A DNA stretch of 64,000 nucleotides from positions 2,464,001 through 2,528,000 of the forward strand of contig CBDCDS010000003.1 in NCBI GenBank assembly GCA_965215365.1, read 5' to 3'. The DNA comes from Gammaproteobacteria bacterium. Its GTDB lineage: Bacteria > Pseudomonadota > Gammaproteobacteria > Eutrophobiales > Eutrophobiaceae. Below the pieces are notes generated by a model that saw only the letters and a list, made by a program, of their open reading frames with translations, made no database searches and was not told the DNA's origin. Both the position numbers and the translations under genes were made by a program. Position 1 is the stretch's first letter, and the number at the start of each line of letters is the position of its first letter. Below are positions 1-10,328 of the stretch, piece by piece.

Positions 1-1
1 G

Positions 2-1396
<1,395 letters not shown>

Positions 1397-1509
1397 TACG
1401 GAGGCCGTATATCCAGTCTGCCCCCATATCCCCGAACTCCTCCCTCTCCATTGTCAACATAGCCAGCAAGCAGTTCGCTTACTGTGATTGCCAACGGCTG
1501 TATTTTCAT
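1397..1509 (-). pseudogene. N-terminal fragment of a DUF262/GmrSD-type (HNH) nuclease
   Basis: MKIQPLAITVSELLAGYVDNGEGGVRGYGGRLDIRPPY resembles the N-terminus (..LDIRPPYQR..) of nucleases encoded after EcoRI-family methyltransferases. It breaks off at the kinase junction and has an ATGA overlap with the upstream MTase. Confidence 0.65.
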
Positions 1510-1946
1510 GCCTGCAATTCCTTGTTTCGGATAAAAATTCGCCCATAAAGAGAATGGACTACATCGCCGTCTTTTACAAAGAAATTTTGTGAAGCCCTTT
1601 TGGGCTTTCCTTTCAAAGGGGCATTTCCCTTTTTCTCCCCGTTGTATTCATACCAGATTGCCGTTTTGGAATCATGCTTGCTGAACATGTCCCTTTCCTT
1701 GCTCTTGTAACAAGAGCCAATCAACCGCTTCAGCTTCAAACGATGAAAGTTCTGGGCAAAATATTGAACAAAATTGGATACTGTCGGATCGTCGCAATTA
1801 CAATATACGGTCCCTCCCTCAAAGTGAGGTTCGTAATACTGCAATTCGTTCGCAATGTCGGTCAGTTGAGTATAAAACTCATCATCCTTTTTGTTTTTTG
1901 CCGTGTGCAGGTTCCGATTAAGCGACGCTAACGGCGGCGGGCTCAC
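1506..1946 (-). pseudogene. adenine-specific methyltransferase, EcoRI family, internally deleted
   Basis: The N-terminus NLHTAKNKKDDEFYTQLTDIANELQYYEPHF..VYCNCDDP..SNF is joined to a C-terminal YGRIFIRNK. Only 146 aa, no NPPF catalytic motif. AT-rich. Confidence 0.8.
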
Positions 1947-2107
1947 TTGACCTCCCGGATAACCGGGCCTCCATCCGGCTTGAAATCCATCTTGAAAGTA
2001 CGCTCCAGATCCTCTTGCGTCGGATACGGCATTTCCTTTTCCCGCTTGCAGTCTACCCGCATGGGCAACAGGGCCTTGACCGCCAAATCAATGTCTCTCC
2101 TCATCAT
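1943..2107 (-). CDS. small hypothetical protein (54 aa, MMRRDIDLAVKALLPMRV...)
   Basis: AGGAGA RBS before the ATG at 2107. The TGA stop overlaps the GTG of the MTase (GTGA coupling). Below the ORF-track cutoff. Confidence 0.5.
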   Translation of the reverse strand: MMRRDIDLAVKALLPMRVDCKREKEMPYPTQEDLERTFKMDFKPDGGPVIREVK

Positions 2108-2264
2108 CGTTTCTCCTACCTGTGTGTCATGTATCAGGCCGTTAGTTGATCTTATGATATATCCCGTTGTATCCCTTTTTCAAGACCTGCTTATCCTTGA
2201 TAATTCCATCAAAAACGGCAGCATATCCCTGTACTGCGCGGCCACGTCTAATTTTTGAGGTGGC

Positions 2265-2888
2265 CTAAAGTTTACTCTTCACCAGTTCATACACGAGTTC
2301 TGTAGCCGTGCCGGTGCCGGACAGTACGAACTCCAGCTTGCTGCGCCGGTCATAGACAAATGCCTCGTCTTTAATGCCGCCGATGTTGATATAAACGTTC
2401 AGGGCTGCGCTGCGTAGCGCAGCGTGGGCGGCGAGCACCGCGACGCCGGCGTCGCTGATGACATTGAGGTTGCCCTGCTCTGCCACCGGGCGACATAACT
2501 CGATGATATCCGCACACAGTTGCGCACAGGCCAGCGGCACGTCGGTCGCTTCTTTCAGGGCCGCCTGTATGGCTGCCGACCGTGTCGCCTGTGCGGCCTC
2601 GGTTTCCTTGCTCATGCCGTACGCGGCCATAACCCGGTCAAATACCTCAACATCGGCCTGAATCATACCGGTGACCTCGGCGCGCAGCGCTTCTGAACGC
2701 GCCAGGAATTCCCGCATCTGTGCGTCAACGTGTGCGTAATTTTTCTTGCCTGCAGTAAAATTGGCCACCATGCTGAGCAGGGCCGCGCCCATGGCGCCCA
2801 TGATCGCAGCCGCGCTGCCCCCGCCCGGCGTGGATGACCTTGAGGCAAGCTGGTCGAGAAACGTTTGGAGTTGCTGTTCGGTAGACAT
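2265..2888 (-). CDS. fchA: methenyltetrahydrofolate cyclohydrolase (FchA / FTCD-C family)
   Basis: FLDQLASRSSTPGGGSAAA, ATDVPL, GNLNVISDAGV. Adjacent to mtdA. Confidence 0.88.
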   Translation of the reverse strand: MSTEQQLQTFLDQLASRSSTPGGGSAAAIMGAMGAALLSMVANFTAGKKNYAHVDAQMREFLARSEALRAEVTGMIQADVEVFDRVMAAYGMSKETEAAQATRSAAIQAALKEATDVPLACAQLCADIIELCRPVAEQGNLNVISDAGVAVLAAHAALRSAALNVYINIGGIKDEAFVYDRRSKLEFVLSGTGTATELVYELVKSKL

Positions 2889-2995
2889 CTGGCGCTCCGT
2901 TGTGGTTTTTCTGGATTGTCAGGAATGCGTGTTGTAGACTCGCCTCTGATTTTGTGAGGCGTCTGTAAGTTGGCGCAAAGTATAGAGGAAATAAA

Positions 2996-3853
2996 ATGAA
3001 AAAACTTCTGTTTCAACTCGACACCGACGCCCACGCCGCAGTCTTCGATACCGTGGTCGGCTATGACGGCGGCGCCGACCACGTGATAGGGCATGGCGGT
3101 TGCACCCCGGACAATGTGCGGGCGCTGGTGGACGGCGCCATCTTCACCCGCAGTCCCAAGGAGAAGAAAAACACCGCCTTGTTTATCGGCGGCAGCGACA
3201 TGGTGGCCGGGGAACAACTGCTGGATGCAGTGCAAAAAGTATTCTTTGCCAATTTTCGCGTCTCCGTCATGCTCGACAGTAACGGCAGCAACACCACCGC
3301 CGCGGCCGCAGCCGCCAAGCTGCTGGGTAGCGGCGGAGTGACCGGCAAGAAGGTGGTGATCCTGGGCGGCACCGGCCCGGTTGGTCAGCGCGCCGCGGTC
3401 ATGCTGACCCGGGAAGGCGCCGAGGTGGTGTTATGTTCGCGTGGGCAGGCCCGCGCCGAGGCCGCCGGCACGGCTATCAAGGGCCGTTTCGGTGTTGATG
3501 TCACCCCCCTGGGCACTGCCACTGATGAAGAACGCGCCGCCGCCGTGGCGGACGCGCAGATCGTGATCGCCACCGGCGCCGCCGGCGTGCAGCTGTTGAG
3601 CCGGGAGGCCTGGGAGAACAACCCGTCCATTGAGATGCTGGCGGACGCCAATGCCACCCCGCCGCTGGGTATTGAAGGTGTGGACATGATGGATCGCGGC
3701 GAGGTGCGCAACGGCAAGACCTGCTGGGGCGCGATTGGCTTCGGCACCCTGAAACTGGCCCTGCATCGGGCCTGCATCGCCAGGCTGTTCGCAAGCAACG
3801 ACCAGGTGTTCGATGCCGAGGAAATCTTCGCCCTGGCGAAGACTATGAGTTGA
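2996..3853 (+). CDS. mtdA: NADP-dependent methylene-H4F/H4MPT dehydrogenase
   Basis: MKKLLFQLDTD..FDTVVGYDGGADH, FRVSVMLDSNGSNTTAAA, GGTGPVG, NATPPLGIEG match MtdA. Confidence 0.93.
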   Translation: MKKLLFQLDTDAHAAVFDTVVGYDGGADHVIGHGGCTPDNVRALVDGAIFTRSPKEKKNTALFIGGSDMVAGEQLLDAVQKVFFANFRVSVMLDSNGSNTTAAAAAAKLLGSGGVTGKKVVILGGTGPVGQRAAVMLTREGAEVVLCSRGQARAEAAGTAIKGRFGVDVTPLGTATDEERAAAVADAQIVIATGAAGVQLLSREAWENNPSIEMLADANATPPLGIEGVDMMDRGEVRNGKTCWGAIGFGTLKLALHRACIARLFASNDQVFDAEEIFALAKTMS

Positions 3854-3882
3854 ACTGTATGTAGCGACAGAAATAGTGCCGT

Positions 3883-3916
3883 GTTCATCATTCCGGCTTG
3901 CGCCGGAATGATGAAC
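3883..3916. terminator. perfect 15-bp hairpin (REP-like) between convergent genes
   Basis: GTTCATCATTCCGGC-TTGC-GCCGGAATGATGAAC between mtdA and the island's last gene. Confidence 0.65.
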
Positions 3917-3947
3917 GAAGGGTGATAACATGTTTCTCAACTTATTA

Positions 3948-4934
3948 TCAGTCTGCTGTTTCAAACAGTTCCAGCTCGTTGCCGTCCGGGTCCAGCACGT
4001 AGATAGACTTGCCGTAAGGGCCGGGGCCGAGTTCCCCTCTGGGAAACTCTGCGCCGGTTTGTTTGAGCTTTTCATACAGGGCTTCGACGTTCCGAACTGC
4101 AAACGCCAAGTGGTCCAGCTGCTTCATGTCGCCGGGGCCGCCGGCGGTCAGCCCCAGTCCTTCCATCGTGGCAATGAACGGACGCCCGTCAGGCAGCGGC
4201 TTGGCATCTACGCGTCGGGTGAAGCCCAGGGTATTCAGGTAAAAATCCATGGCTCTTTCCAGGTCGCTTACCATCAACAGCAGATGATGCACATACACGG
4301 GCTTAGGTTGCAGTTGTTGCTCCACCCACCCCAAGAAGTCCGCTGACTGACAGGTCACCCCCAGATATTGGCGCCATACCTCCCGGGCGCTCTGCTCCCA
4401 GGCCGGATTGACGCCGGAGATACAGTCTTCGATTGCAACCACGTCGAAATCACGCAGGTAGGCCTCCCGCATCGTGGTTTCAACGCAAGCGTTGGCCGTC
4501 AACCCGGTAATGAACAGGGCTTCGACCCCCAGTTGTTCCAGCACCAGTTGCAGGCGCGTTTCATAAAAGCCGCCAAAACGGTGTTTGCGAATCATGTATG
4601 TCGGGTTGGTCACCAGATCTTGCAATTCATCCACGATCTGCGCGTCCCAGCTGCCGGCCAGGGCCGACACGCCCTTGCGTTTGGACGTATGTGATGGAAG
4701 ACGCTTACGCGCCCGTCGGGAGTCGGTGGCAAAGTGTTCCTGCACCGTCCATAACACCGGCATGCCCACCGCATGACAGCGTTCAATGACGGTGCGCAAC
4801 GGTTTGATAACGCTGCCCAGACGCTCGGTATCCAGGCCGGACTGGCCCAGCGTGCCGTCCTGGTGACAAAACGCATTCTGCAAGTCGATGACGAGCAGTG
4901 CCGATTTTTTCAGCTCCAGCAATTCCAGTGACAT
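3948..4934 (-). CDS. isochorismatase-family cysteine hydrolase fused to a C-terminal VOC/glyoxalase domain
   Basis: D-K-C triad (IDLQN, RKHRFGGF, TANACVETT), then HHLLLMVSDLERAMDFY..DHLAF..DPDGNELEL. Start taken at MSLELL. Confidence 0.85.
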   Translation of the reverse strand: MSLELLELKKSALLVIDLQNAFCHQDGTLGQSGLDTERLGSVIKPLRTVIERCHAVGMPVLWTVQEHFATDSRRARKRLPSHTSKRKGVSALAGSWDAQIVDELQDLVTNPTYMIRKHRFGGFYETRLQLVLEQLGVEALFITGLTANACVETTMREAYLRDFDVVAIEDCISGVNPAWEQSAREVWRQYLGVTCQSADFLGWVEQQLQPKPVYVHHLLLMVSDLERAMDFYLNTLGFTRRVDAKPLPDGRPFIATMEGLGLTAGGPGDMKQLDHLAFAVRNVEALYEKLKQTGAEFPRGELGPGPYGKSIYVLDPDGNELELFETAD

Positions 4935-4936
4935 GT

Positions 4937-5131
4937 TCAGCCCCCCTTCCGGTCCAATCCGAGCACGCCGGCGCGCGCCCAATCCTCCAGTTCATATTCC
5001 TGGATGATGACATGCAGGCCATCCGGTTTTGCGTCAGCGTGTTCGACCATGGCGTCGGTAATCGCCTTGGCCAGTTTTCGTTTTTGCTCAACACTGCGAC
5101 CTTTCCACATCTGTACGGTTACTACAGGCAT
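4937..5131 (-). CDS. 4-oxalocrotonate tautomerase family protein
   Basis: 64 aa, catalytic Pro after Met, GRSVEQKRKL..ITDAM pattern. Confidence 0.9.
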   Translation of the reverse strand: MPVVTVQMWKGRSVEQKRKLAKAITDAMVEHADAKPDGLHVIIQEYELEDWARAGVLGLDRKGG

Positions 5132-5149
5132 ATTTAGTCCTCTATATAG

Positions 5150-6589
5150 TCAATTCCCGGCGTCATACAACGTCGTGGTGGTCGGCACGTTTTCATCTGC
5201 AAGGCCGGCGCGGATGACGGCGGCGGCGGCGAGTTCCCGCGCCTTACATTTTATCTCCTGCTCAGCAACGCCGACAACCTTGCCGTCGCGGTACAAGGCA
5301 TTACCGTCCACCCAGGTTTCCCTGATGCTGGCCGTCGAGGCGGAAAATACCAGCGCCTGCAAGGGGTCGTGAAACGGCGTCCATTCAACATGCTCCAGAT
5401 CAAACACAATGAAGTCAGCCTTTTTGCCGATTTCAAGCGACCCGATCTCATCGTCCCACAACAATGCCTTAGCGCCTTCAATCGTGGCCGCGCGCAAGGC
5501 CTGGCGCACCGTTACCACATCCGCTTGCAGACGCGCATCCTTGAACATGCCCGCGCACAGGAACAGCTGGCGCATCAGGTTCATATTCCCGGCTGCGGAA
5601 ACACCATCGGTGCCCAGGGCAACCGTTACGCCGGCGTTGATCAGTTCCGGATATTTGCCGATTGCGGTGGCGCCCTTGCCCAGCTTGAAAGAGGAAGAAG
5701 GACAAAAAGCCACCTTCGTGCCATAACTCGCCAGGGTCTCCACCTCCTCCTCAGCTACGGCTGCGCCATGGGCAATGACTAGGTTGTTGCCCAGCCCGCC
5801 GGCCTGCTCGATACGGGTGATCGGCCAGACTCCGTATTTGTTTTCACAGACCCGCGCCTCTTCGATGCTGGTCGCCAGATGATAAGTGGTGCCCACCCCC
5901 AGCTTTTCGGCCAGCTCCCGGGCGCCCACGTGCAACCCCAGGGTGCACGGCTCCTTGCCTTCGATATTCACCCAGCAACGCACCCGGCCATCGAGGGCAC
6001 CATGATAGGTTTCCACACAGTGCTGTAGTTCACGCAGCGCGGTGGGCGCGTCGGCGAAGAAATGGTGTTTAACCATGCTGTCGGTCCAGCCCCTGGGCCT
6101 GACCTCGGGCGGGTTATCAGCGGCGTGGCGCCCGGTAATCCCGCGTATGCCCGTTTGTTCCATCGCCCGCACGGTAATGCCGGGGTCGTATTGTGAACCC
6201 ATGTCCAAAAAACAGGTGGTGCCACAACGCAACATCTCGGTGATACCCAACAGCGCGCCCCAGTATTCATCCTCGGCACTGATATGCGCATAAAATGGCT
6301 TGGCCCAGTGGAACACCCAGGCGCGGGTATTGAGGTTGTCCGGAAACACCGCCCGCGACAGGGTTTCCGACAGGTGCACATGGGCATCAATAAAACCCGG
6401 ACAAATCCCGTTCAGGGTTCCGTCCCGGACCTGGTCGAAGCCTGCCCGGGCATGTCTTTGTGCAACCTCGGAGGTAGCGCCCAGGTCGATAATTCTGTCA
6501 TCTTCAATGACGATGGCCGCATCACGTATTACGCGGTCGTCCTTATCCACCGTCAGGATGAACTCAAGATGTTCAATAAGCGTTTTCAT
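5150..6589 (-). CDS. amidohydrolase (AtzA/TrzA/MTA-SAH deaminase-like)
   Basis: PGFIDAHVH, EMLRCGTT, AHG, LGTDG, GSLEIGKKAD. Confidence 0.85.
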   Translation of the reverse strand: MKTLIEHLEFILTVDKDDRVIRDAAIVIEDDRIIDLGATSEVAQRHARAGFDQVRDGTLNGICPGFIDAHVHLSETLSRAVFPDNLNTRAWVFHWAKPFYAHISAEDEYWGALLGITEMLRCGTTCFLDMGSQYDPGITVRAMEQTGIRGITGRHAADNPPEVRPRGWTDSMVKHHFFADAPTALRELQHCVETYHGALDGRVRCWVNIEGKEPCTLGLHVGARELAEKLGVGTTYHLATSIEEARVCENKYGVWPITRIEQAGGLGNNLVIAHGAAVAEEEVETLASYGTKVAFCPSSSFKLGKGATAIGKYPELINAGVTVALGTDGVSAAGNMNLMRQLFLCAGMFKDARLQADVVTVRQALRAATIEGAKALLWDDEIGSLEIGKKADFIVFDLEHVEWTPFHDPLQALVFSASTASIRETWVDGNALYRDGKVVGVAEQEIKCKARELAAAAVIRAGLADENVPTTTTLYDAGN

Positions 6590-7704
6590 TATTGAACAGC
6601 CAGCAACCGGTCGGTATCGGTGTAGTCGGATAACAGTTCGGCGCCGGTTTCGGTCACCAGTACCATATCCTTGTTCTGCATGCCGAAGCCATGGCCGGTG
6701 TCATAGACCAGTGGCTCTATTCCCAATACCATGCCCGCTACCAACGGCACATCGGAATACATCCCCAGATACGGCTCCTCGTGCAAATGTAGGCCGATGC
6801 CGTGGCCGATGAATTGTATCGGCGGCAAGTTCAGCTTTGCCAGGTGACGGCTGAATGCCTGATAGATTTTTTTGGAACTGGCGCCGGGTTTGATCAGGTC
6901 CAGCACCAGATATTTGCACTCCACCAGGTTTTGCCAGATTTCCTCTGCGTGGCGCGGCGCAGCCTGCACCCGGGCGGTGCGACAAACGCCGGCATGGTAG
7001 CCGTTAATGACCGGAAATATTTCCACCCGGCAGATATCGCCCGGCTCCAGCGTGCGCATGGAAGGCCCGACATTGGGATAGACACTCCTGGGGCCGGTGG
7101 CGACTATCATCAATTTGAAGTCCGCGGCGCCCAGGGTATAAATATGCCTGGTCAACCCTGCGGCGATGTCCATTTCAGTAGCGCCGGCGCTGACCCCCTG
7201 CAACGCCTTGCCGATCGATTCATCGGCGATACGCGCCAGACGCCGCAGCAATTCTATTTCATCCGGGGTCTTGATTTGGCGCAACCGCTGCAGGTCGGTA
7301 TCGGCTGCGACGAAACGGGCCTCAGGCAAAGCCTGACACAAGGCCTGATAGTCATTGGCAAACAGGTAATTCAACTCGGTGCCGACTGTTGCGCGCGCCA
7401 AGCCCTGATCGCGCAACAACTGTGCAAGCACCTGCATGGGTTGCTCGGTAAATTCTCCCCATACCCTGACCTCGGCGCCGTCAACCCGGCTGCTGACCGT
7501 GGTTTCTTCCATATCCACCGCCAGGTAGGCGCAGTTGCCGTCGGCCGTGACCACCACGGCCGCATGGCGCCAGCGCATCAACGGCTGGGACGGGACGACA
7601 AAACCGGATACATAAGCAAAGTTTTCCGGCGACAGACAAACCAGGCCGTCCAGGCCAGAGGCCTGCATGGTTGCCGTCAGTTTTGTTACTATTTCATTAT
7701 GCAT
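6589..7704 (-). CDS. M24 (Xaa-Pro peptidase/creatinase) fold hydrolase
   Basis: Creatinase-like N domain, LRQIKTPDEI, GHGIGLHLHEEP, GIEP. Several metal ligands are substituted. Confidence 0.85.
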   Translation of the reverse strand: MHNEIVTKLTATMQASGLDGLVCLSPENFAYVSGFVVPSQPLMRWRHAAVVVTADGNCAYLAVDMEETTVSSRVDGAEVRVWGEFTEQPMQVLAQLLRDQGLARATVGTELNYLFANDYQALCQALPEARFVAADTDLQRLRQIKTPDEIELLRRLARIADESIGKALQGVSAGATEMDIAAGLTRHIYTLGAADFKLMIVATGPRSVYPNVGPSMRTLEPGDICRVEIFPVINGYHAGVCRTARVQAAPRHAEEIWQNLVECKYLVLDLIKPGASSKKIYQAFSRHLAKLNLPPIQFIGHGIGLHLHEEPYLGMYSDVPLVAGMVLGIEPLVYDTGHGFGMQNKDMVLVTETGAELLSDYTDTDRLLAVQ

Positions 7705-7780
7705 AGCTGTGACCGTTATTCTGTTGCGCGTCAGGGCACCTTTTTTTGAAGGTTAATAGAATTATAATGAATGATCGAAG

Positions 7781-7794
7781 TTTGTAATCACAAT
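7781..7794. promoter_or_regulatory. putative GntR operator (TTGTAATCACAA)
   Basis: One mismatch to the palindrome TTGTGATCACAA. Upstream of the M24 gene. Confidence 0.55.
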
Positions 7795-7800
7795 TTATTG

Positions 7801-8985
7801 TTATGGACTGCATGGCCGACCTTGACGGATAATAATACGTTCATCGGGTCGTCTTGACAGAATGTCATCAAAACTCTGCCCCTTTACCAGCACCATATCG
7901 GCGCTGTCGTTCACGGCCGGCGCCACCTTGCCATCGCACAAGGCCTTGACCAGGTCATCGGTGGCATCGAGTTGCGCGGCCAGCATGGCAATATAGCCGG
8001 CGTCCAGCAAGTCTGCATCGCCATAGGGATAAAAGACATCGCAAACATTATCGCTGGCAATGCGTACGGCAACGCCGGCGGCGAGCAACTCGTGCACGCA
8101 GGCCAGACCGCGTCGTAGCGGCGCGCCCTGCCGGCGGTCTTGCAGGTACAGGTTAGTGGTGGGCAGTACCACCACTTCAATGCTGGCTTGCGCCAGTTTC
8201 TCCAGCAGCCGGTTGCGCGTCCCGGCCTCCAGCACCGACAGCACGCAACCGTGGCTCAGGGTCACGCGTCCCTGGCAGCCGTTGGCGCAGGTGGCGTCAG
8301 CCAGATACTCAATGGAGGCGCGTTCGGCCTCCAGGTGTTCGTCCTGATGCAGGTCGATGGCCGCGTCCTGCTCGACAGCCAGTTCGAGCACGGCGTCAAT
8401 GGCGCGGTGCGGCTGCGGGTAGAGCGACGGCGCCGCGCCGAGCAGCGCGGCGCCGCGCGCCAGGGCTTCCCGGAGCATCGATTTTCCATCGCTGCCGGCG
8501 GGGTCAAGTCGCGACGAGGCAAAGGCAACGACCTCTATGTCCATGTTCGCGCCCATGGCGGCTTTCGCATCCAGGGTACCTTGCACCGCCCTGAAGCGGG
8601 TCTCAGGATCAATATCGGCGTGCGTTCTGAGGCCGGTGGTACCGTGGGAACAGGCTCGCCGAAACAGCTTGAGGGCGTGCGCGCAGTGTTGTTCGACAGT
8701 AAAGTGCCGGAGTAATTCCAACGCCTGGGCCACGGCATGTGCAAACGAAGCAGGTTTTTGTTCGGCCCGCGTGAAGGCCCGGTTGGCGTGGACATGCTTG
8801 TCCACTAGGGGTGGCAGGCACACCCATGCAGCCGGCGTTGCGAGTTCTGTTATTGCTGTTATGGCGCCGTCGGCGATGACAATTTCCAGCGCTTGTTCGG
8901 AACCGGCAAAAGCGACGTTGCGCAGCACGGCAGCGCCATTTTCCAAGGTGCTGACAGGGTTATCGACGGCGCTCACTGTCAGCAT
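7801..8985 (-). CDS. cytosine/creatinine deaminase-like amidohydrolase
   Basis: LVDKHVH, HGTTGLRTHADID, DLHQDE, SHG, LPTTNLYLQ, ASDNVCDVFYPYG. Confidence 0.85.
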   Translation of the reverse strand: MLTVSAVDNPVSTLENGAAVLRNVAFAGSEQALEIVIADGAITAITELATPAAWVCLPPLVDKHVHANRAFTRAEQKPASFAHAVAQALELLRHFTVEQHCAHALKLFRRACSHGTTGLRTHADIDPETRFRAVQGTLDAKAAMGANMDIEVVAFASSRLDPAGSDGKSMLREALARGAALLGAAPSLYPQPHRAIDAVLELAVEQDAAIDLHQDEHLEAERASIEYLADATCANGCQGRVTLSHGCVLSVLEAGTRNRLLEKLAQASIEVVVLPTTNLYLQDRRQGAPLRRGLACVHELLAAGVAVRIASDNVCDVFYPYGDADLLDAGYIAMLAAQLDATDDLVKALCDGKVAPAVNDSADMVLVKGQSFDDILSRRPDERIIIRQGRPCSP

Positions 8986-10328
8986 CCGGGGCGCGTGATG
9001 CAGCTGCCGCGTCCGTACTGGTCTTCATCCACGGCCCCGTTCTCATAGACGATACGGCCGTTGGCGACCGTCATAACCGGCCAGCCTTGCAGTTTCATCC
9101 CTTCATAGATGCAGGTGCCGTGGCCGTCGTGGGTCACCTCGCGTTCTTCATCCAGGTCCACCAGTACCAGGTCGGCATCCGAGCCCGGTTCCAGTGAGCC
9201 CTTACGCGGATAGAAACCGAAGCGCTTGGCCGGGCCGTAGGAATTGACCCGCACCAGTTGCTGCAAAGTGAGCCCGCGCCGCAGCACGCCATGGGTGATG
9301 AGCAACGGCAACTCCCAGGGAAAACTGACCACGCCGGGAAACTCGGTCCACAGGTCTTCGCCCTTCTTGGGCAGGAACGGCACGTGGTCGCTGCCGATGG
9401 AATTGACCCGGTCCGCCAGCATCCCGCGCCACAACCATTCCTTTTGTTCGGCATCGCGCAACGGCGGTGAAATCTTCGCCGTCATATCCAGGTCTTCGTC
9501 GTAACAGGTGCGGGTCAGGTAATGCGGGCAGGTTTCCACGGTCACGTCCACCCCTCTGGCCCGCGCCTCCAGCGCCAGCTCCGGGCCGGCGCCCACCGAG
9601 GTATGCACCAGTTGCAGGGAACAACCGGTGCGTTCGGCCAGGAAGATCATGCGTTTGATAGTCTCCACCTCACAGAAGGCGGGGCGCGATTCGGTATAGG
9701 CACCCAAGTCCTGGCGCCCGGAGGCCATCATATCCTTTTTCACCCAGCCGGCAATGGCGGTATTTTCACAATGCACCGAAACTACGCCCTTGGGCAGCCT
9801 GGCTACCTGCAACATGGTGGCATACACCCAGCCGTCATTGGCCGGCACGATACCAATGGGGTTATCCGGCTCGTAGCCGAAATACAGCTTAAAAGACTGC
9901 ACCCCGGTATGTTCGACTATACGCGGAATTTCATGGATGTGTTCTTCGCGCTGTATGCCGAAGTGAAAACCGAAGTCGATGCAGACGTTTTCCTCACCGA
10001 TACGGCGGCGCTCATCGTAAAACGGCAGATAGGACTCCTTTTTGTTACGGATATACAAAAATATGGTGGAAATGCCGCCGCGCGCCGCTTGCGCAGTCTC
10101 GGTGCGCATGTCCTCGTCATAAGGATACGCCACCCCCAAGTGACAATGGGTATCTATCACGCCCGGCAACAGGCAGCGGCCTTCGGCATCGATCACGCGC
10201 CGCGCCGGCGGCAGGGCATCATTGACGCCGGCCATGAGTATCTTACCCTCCTTGACCGCGATGCCGCCGAAGAATTCGCCGGTGTGATCGACTACCCGGG
10301 CATTGCGAATAACCAGCTCAGCTTTCAT
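8979..10328 (-). CDS. cyclic amidohydrolase (dihydroorotase/hydantoinase/allantoinase family)
   Basis: PGVIDTHCH, SFK (carboxylated Lys), VHCEN, ETCPHYL, KISPPLR, GSDH. Start taken at MKAELV. Confidence 0.88.
   Translation of the reverse strand: MKAELVIRNARVVDHTGEFFGGIAVKEGKILMAGVNDALPPARRVIDAEGRCLLPGVIDTHCHLGVAYPYDEDMRTETAQAARGGISTIFLYIRNKKESYLPFYDERRRIGEENVCIDFGFHFGIQREEHIHEIPRIVEHTGVQSFKLYFGYEPDNPIGIVPANDGWVYATMLQVARLPKGVVSVHCENTAIAGWVKKDMMASGRQDLGAYTESRPAFCEVETIKRMIFLAERTGCSLQLVHTSVGAGPELALEARARGVDVTVETCPHYLTRTCYDEDLDMTAKISPPLRDAEQKEWLWRGMLADRVNSIGSDHVPFLPKKGEDLWTEFPGVVSFPWELPLLITHGVLRRGLTLQQLVRVNSYGPAKRFGFYPRKGSLEPGSDADLVLVDLDEEREVTHDGHGTCIYEGMKLQGWPVMTVANGRIVYENGAVDEDQYGRGSCITRPGC

Noticed and set aside
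2120-2175. possible IS1595-like end upstream of the MTase remnant
   Set aside because: No partner inverted repeat or transposase was found.
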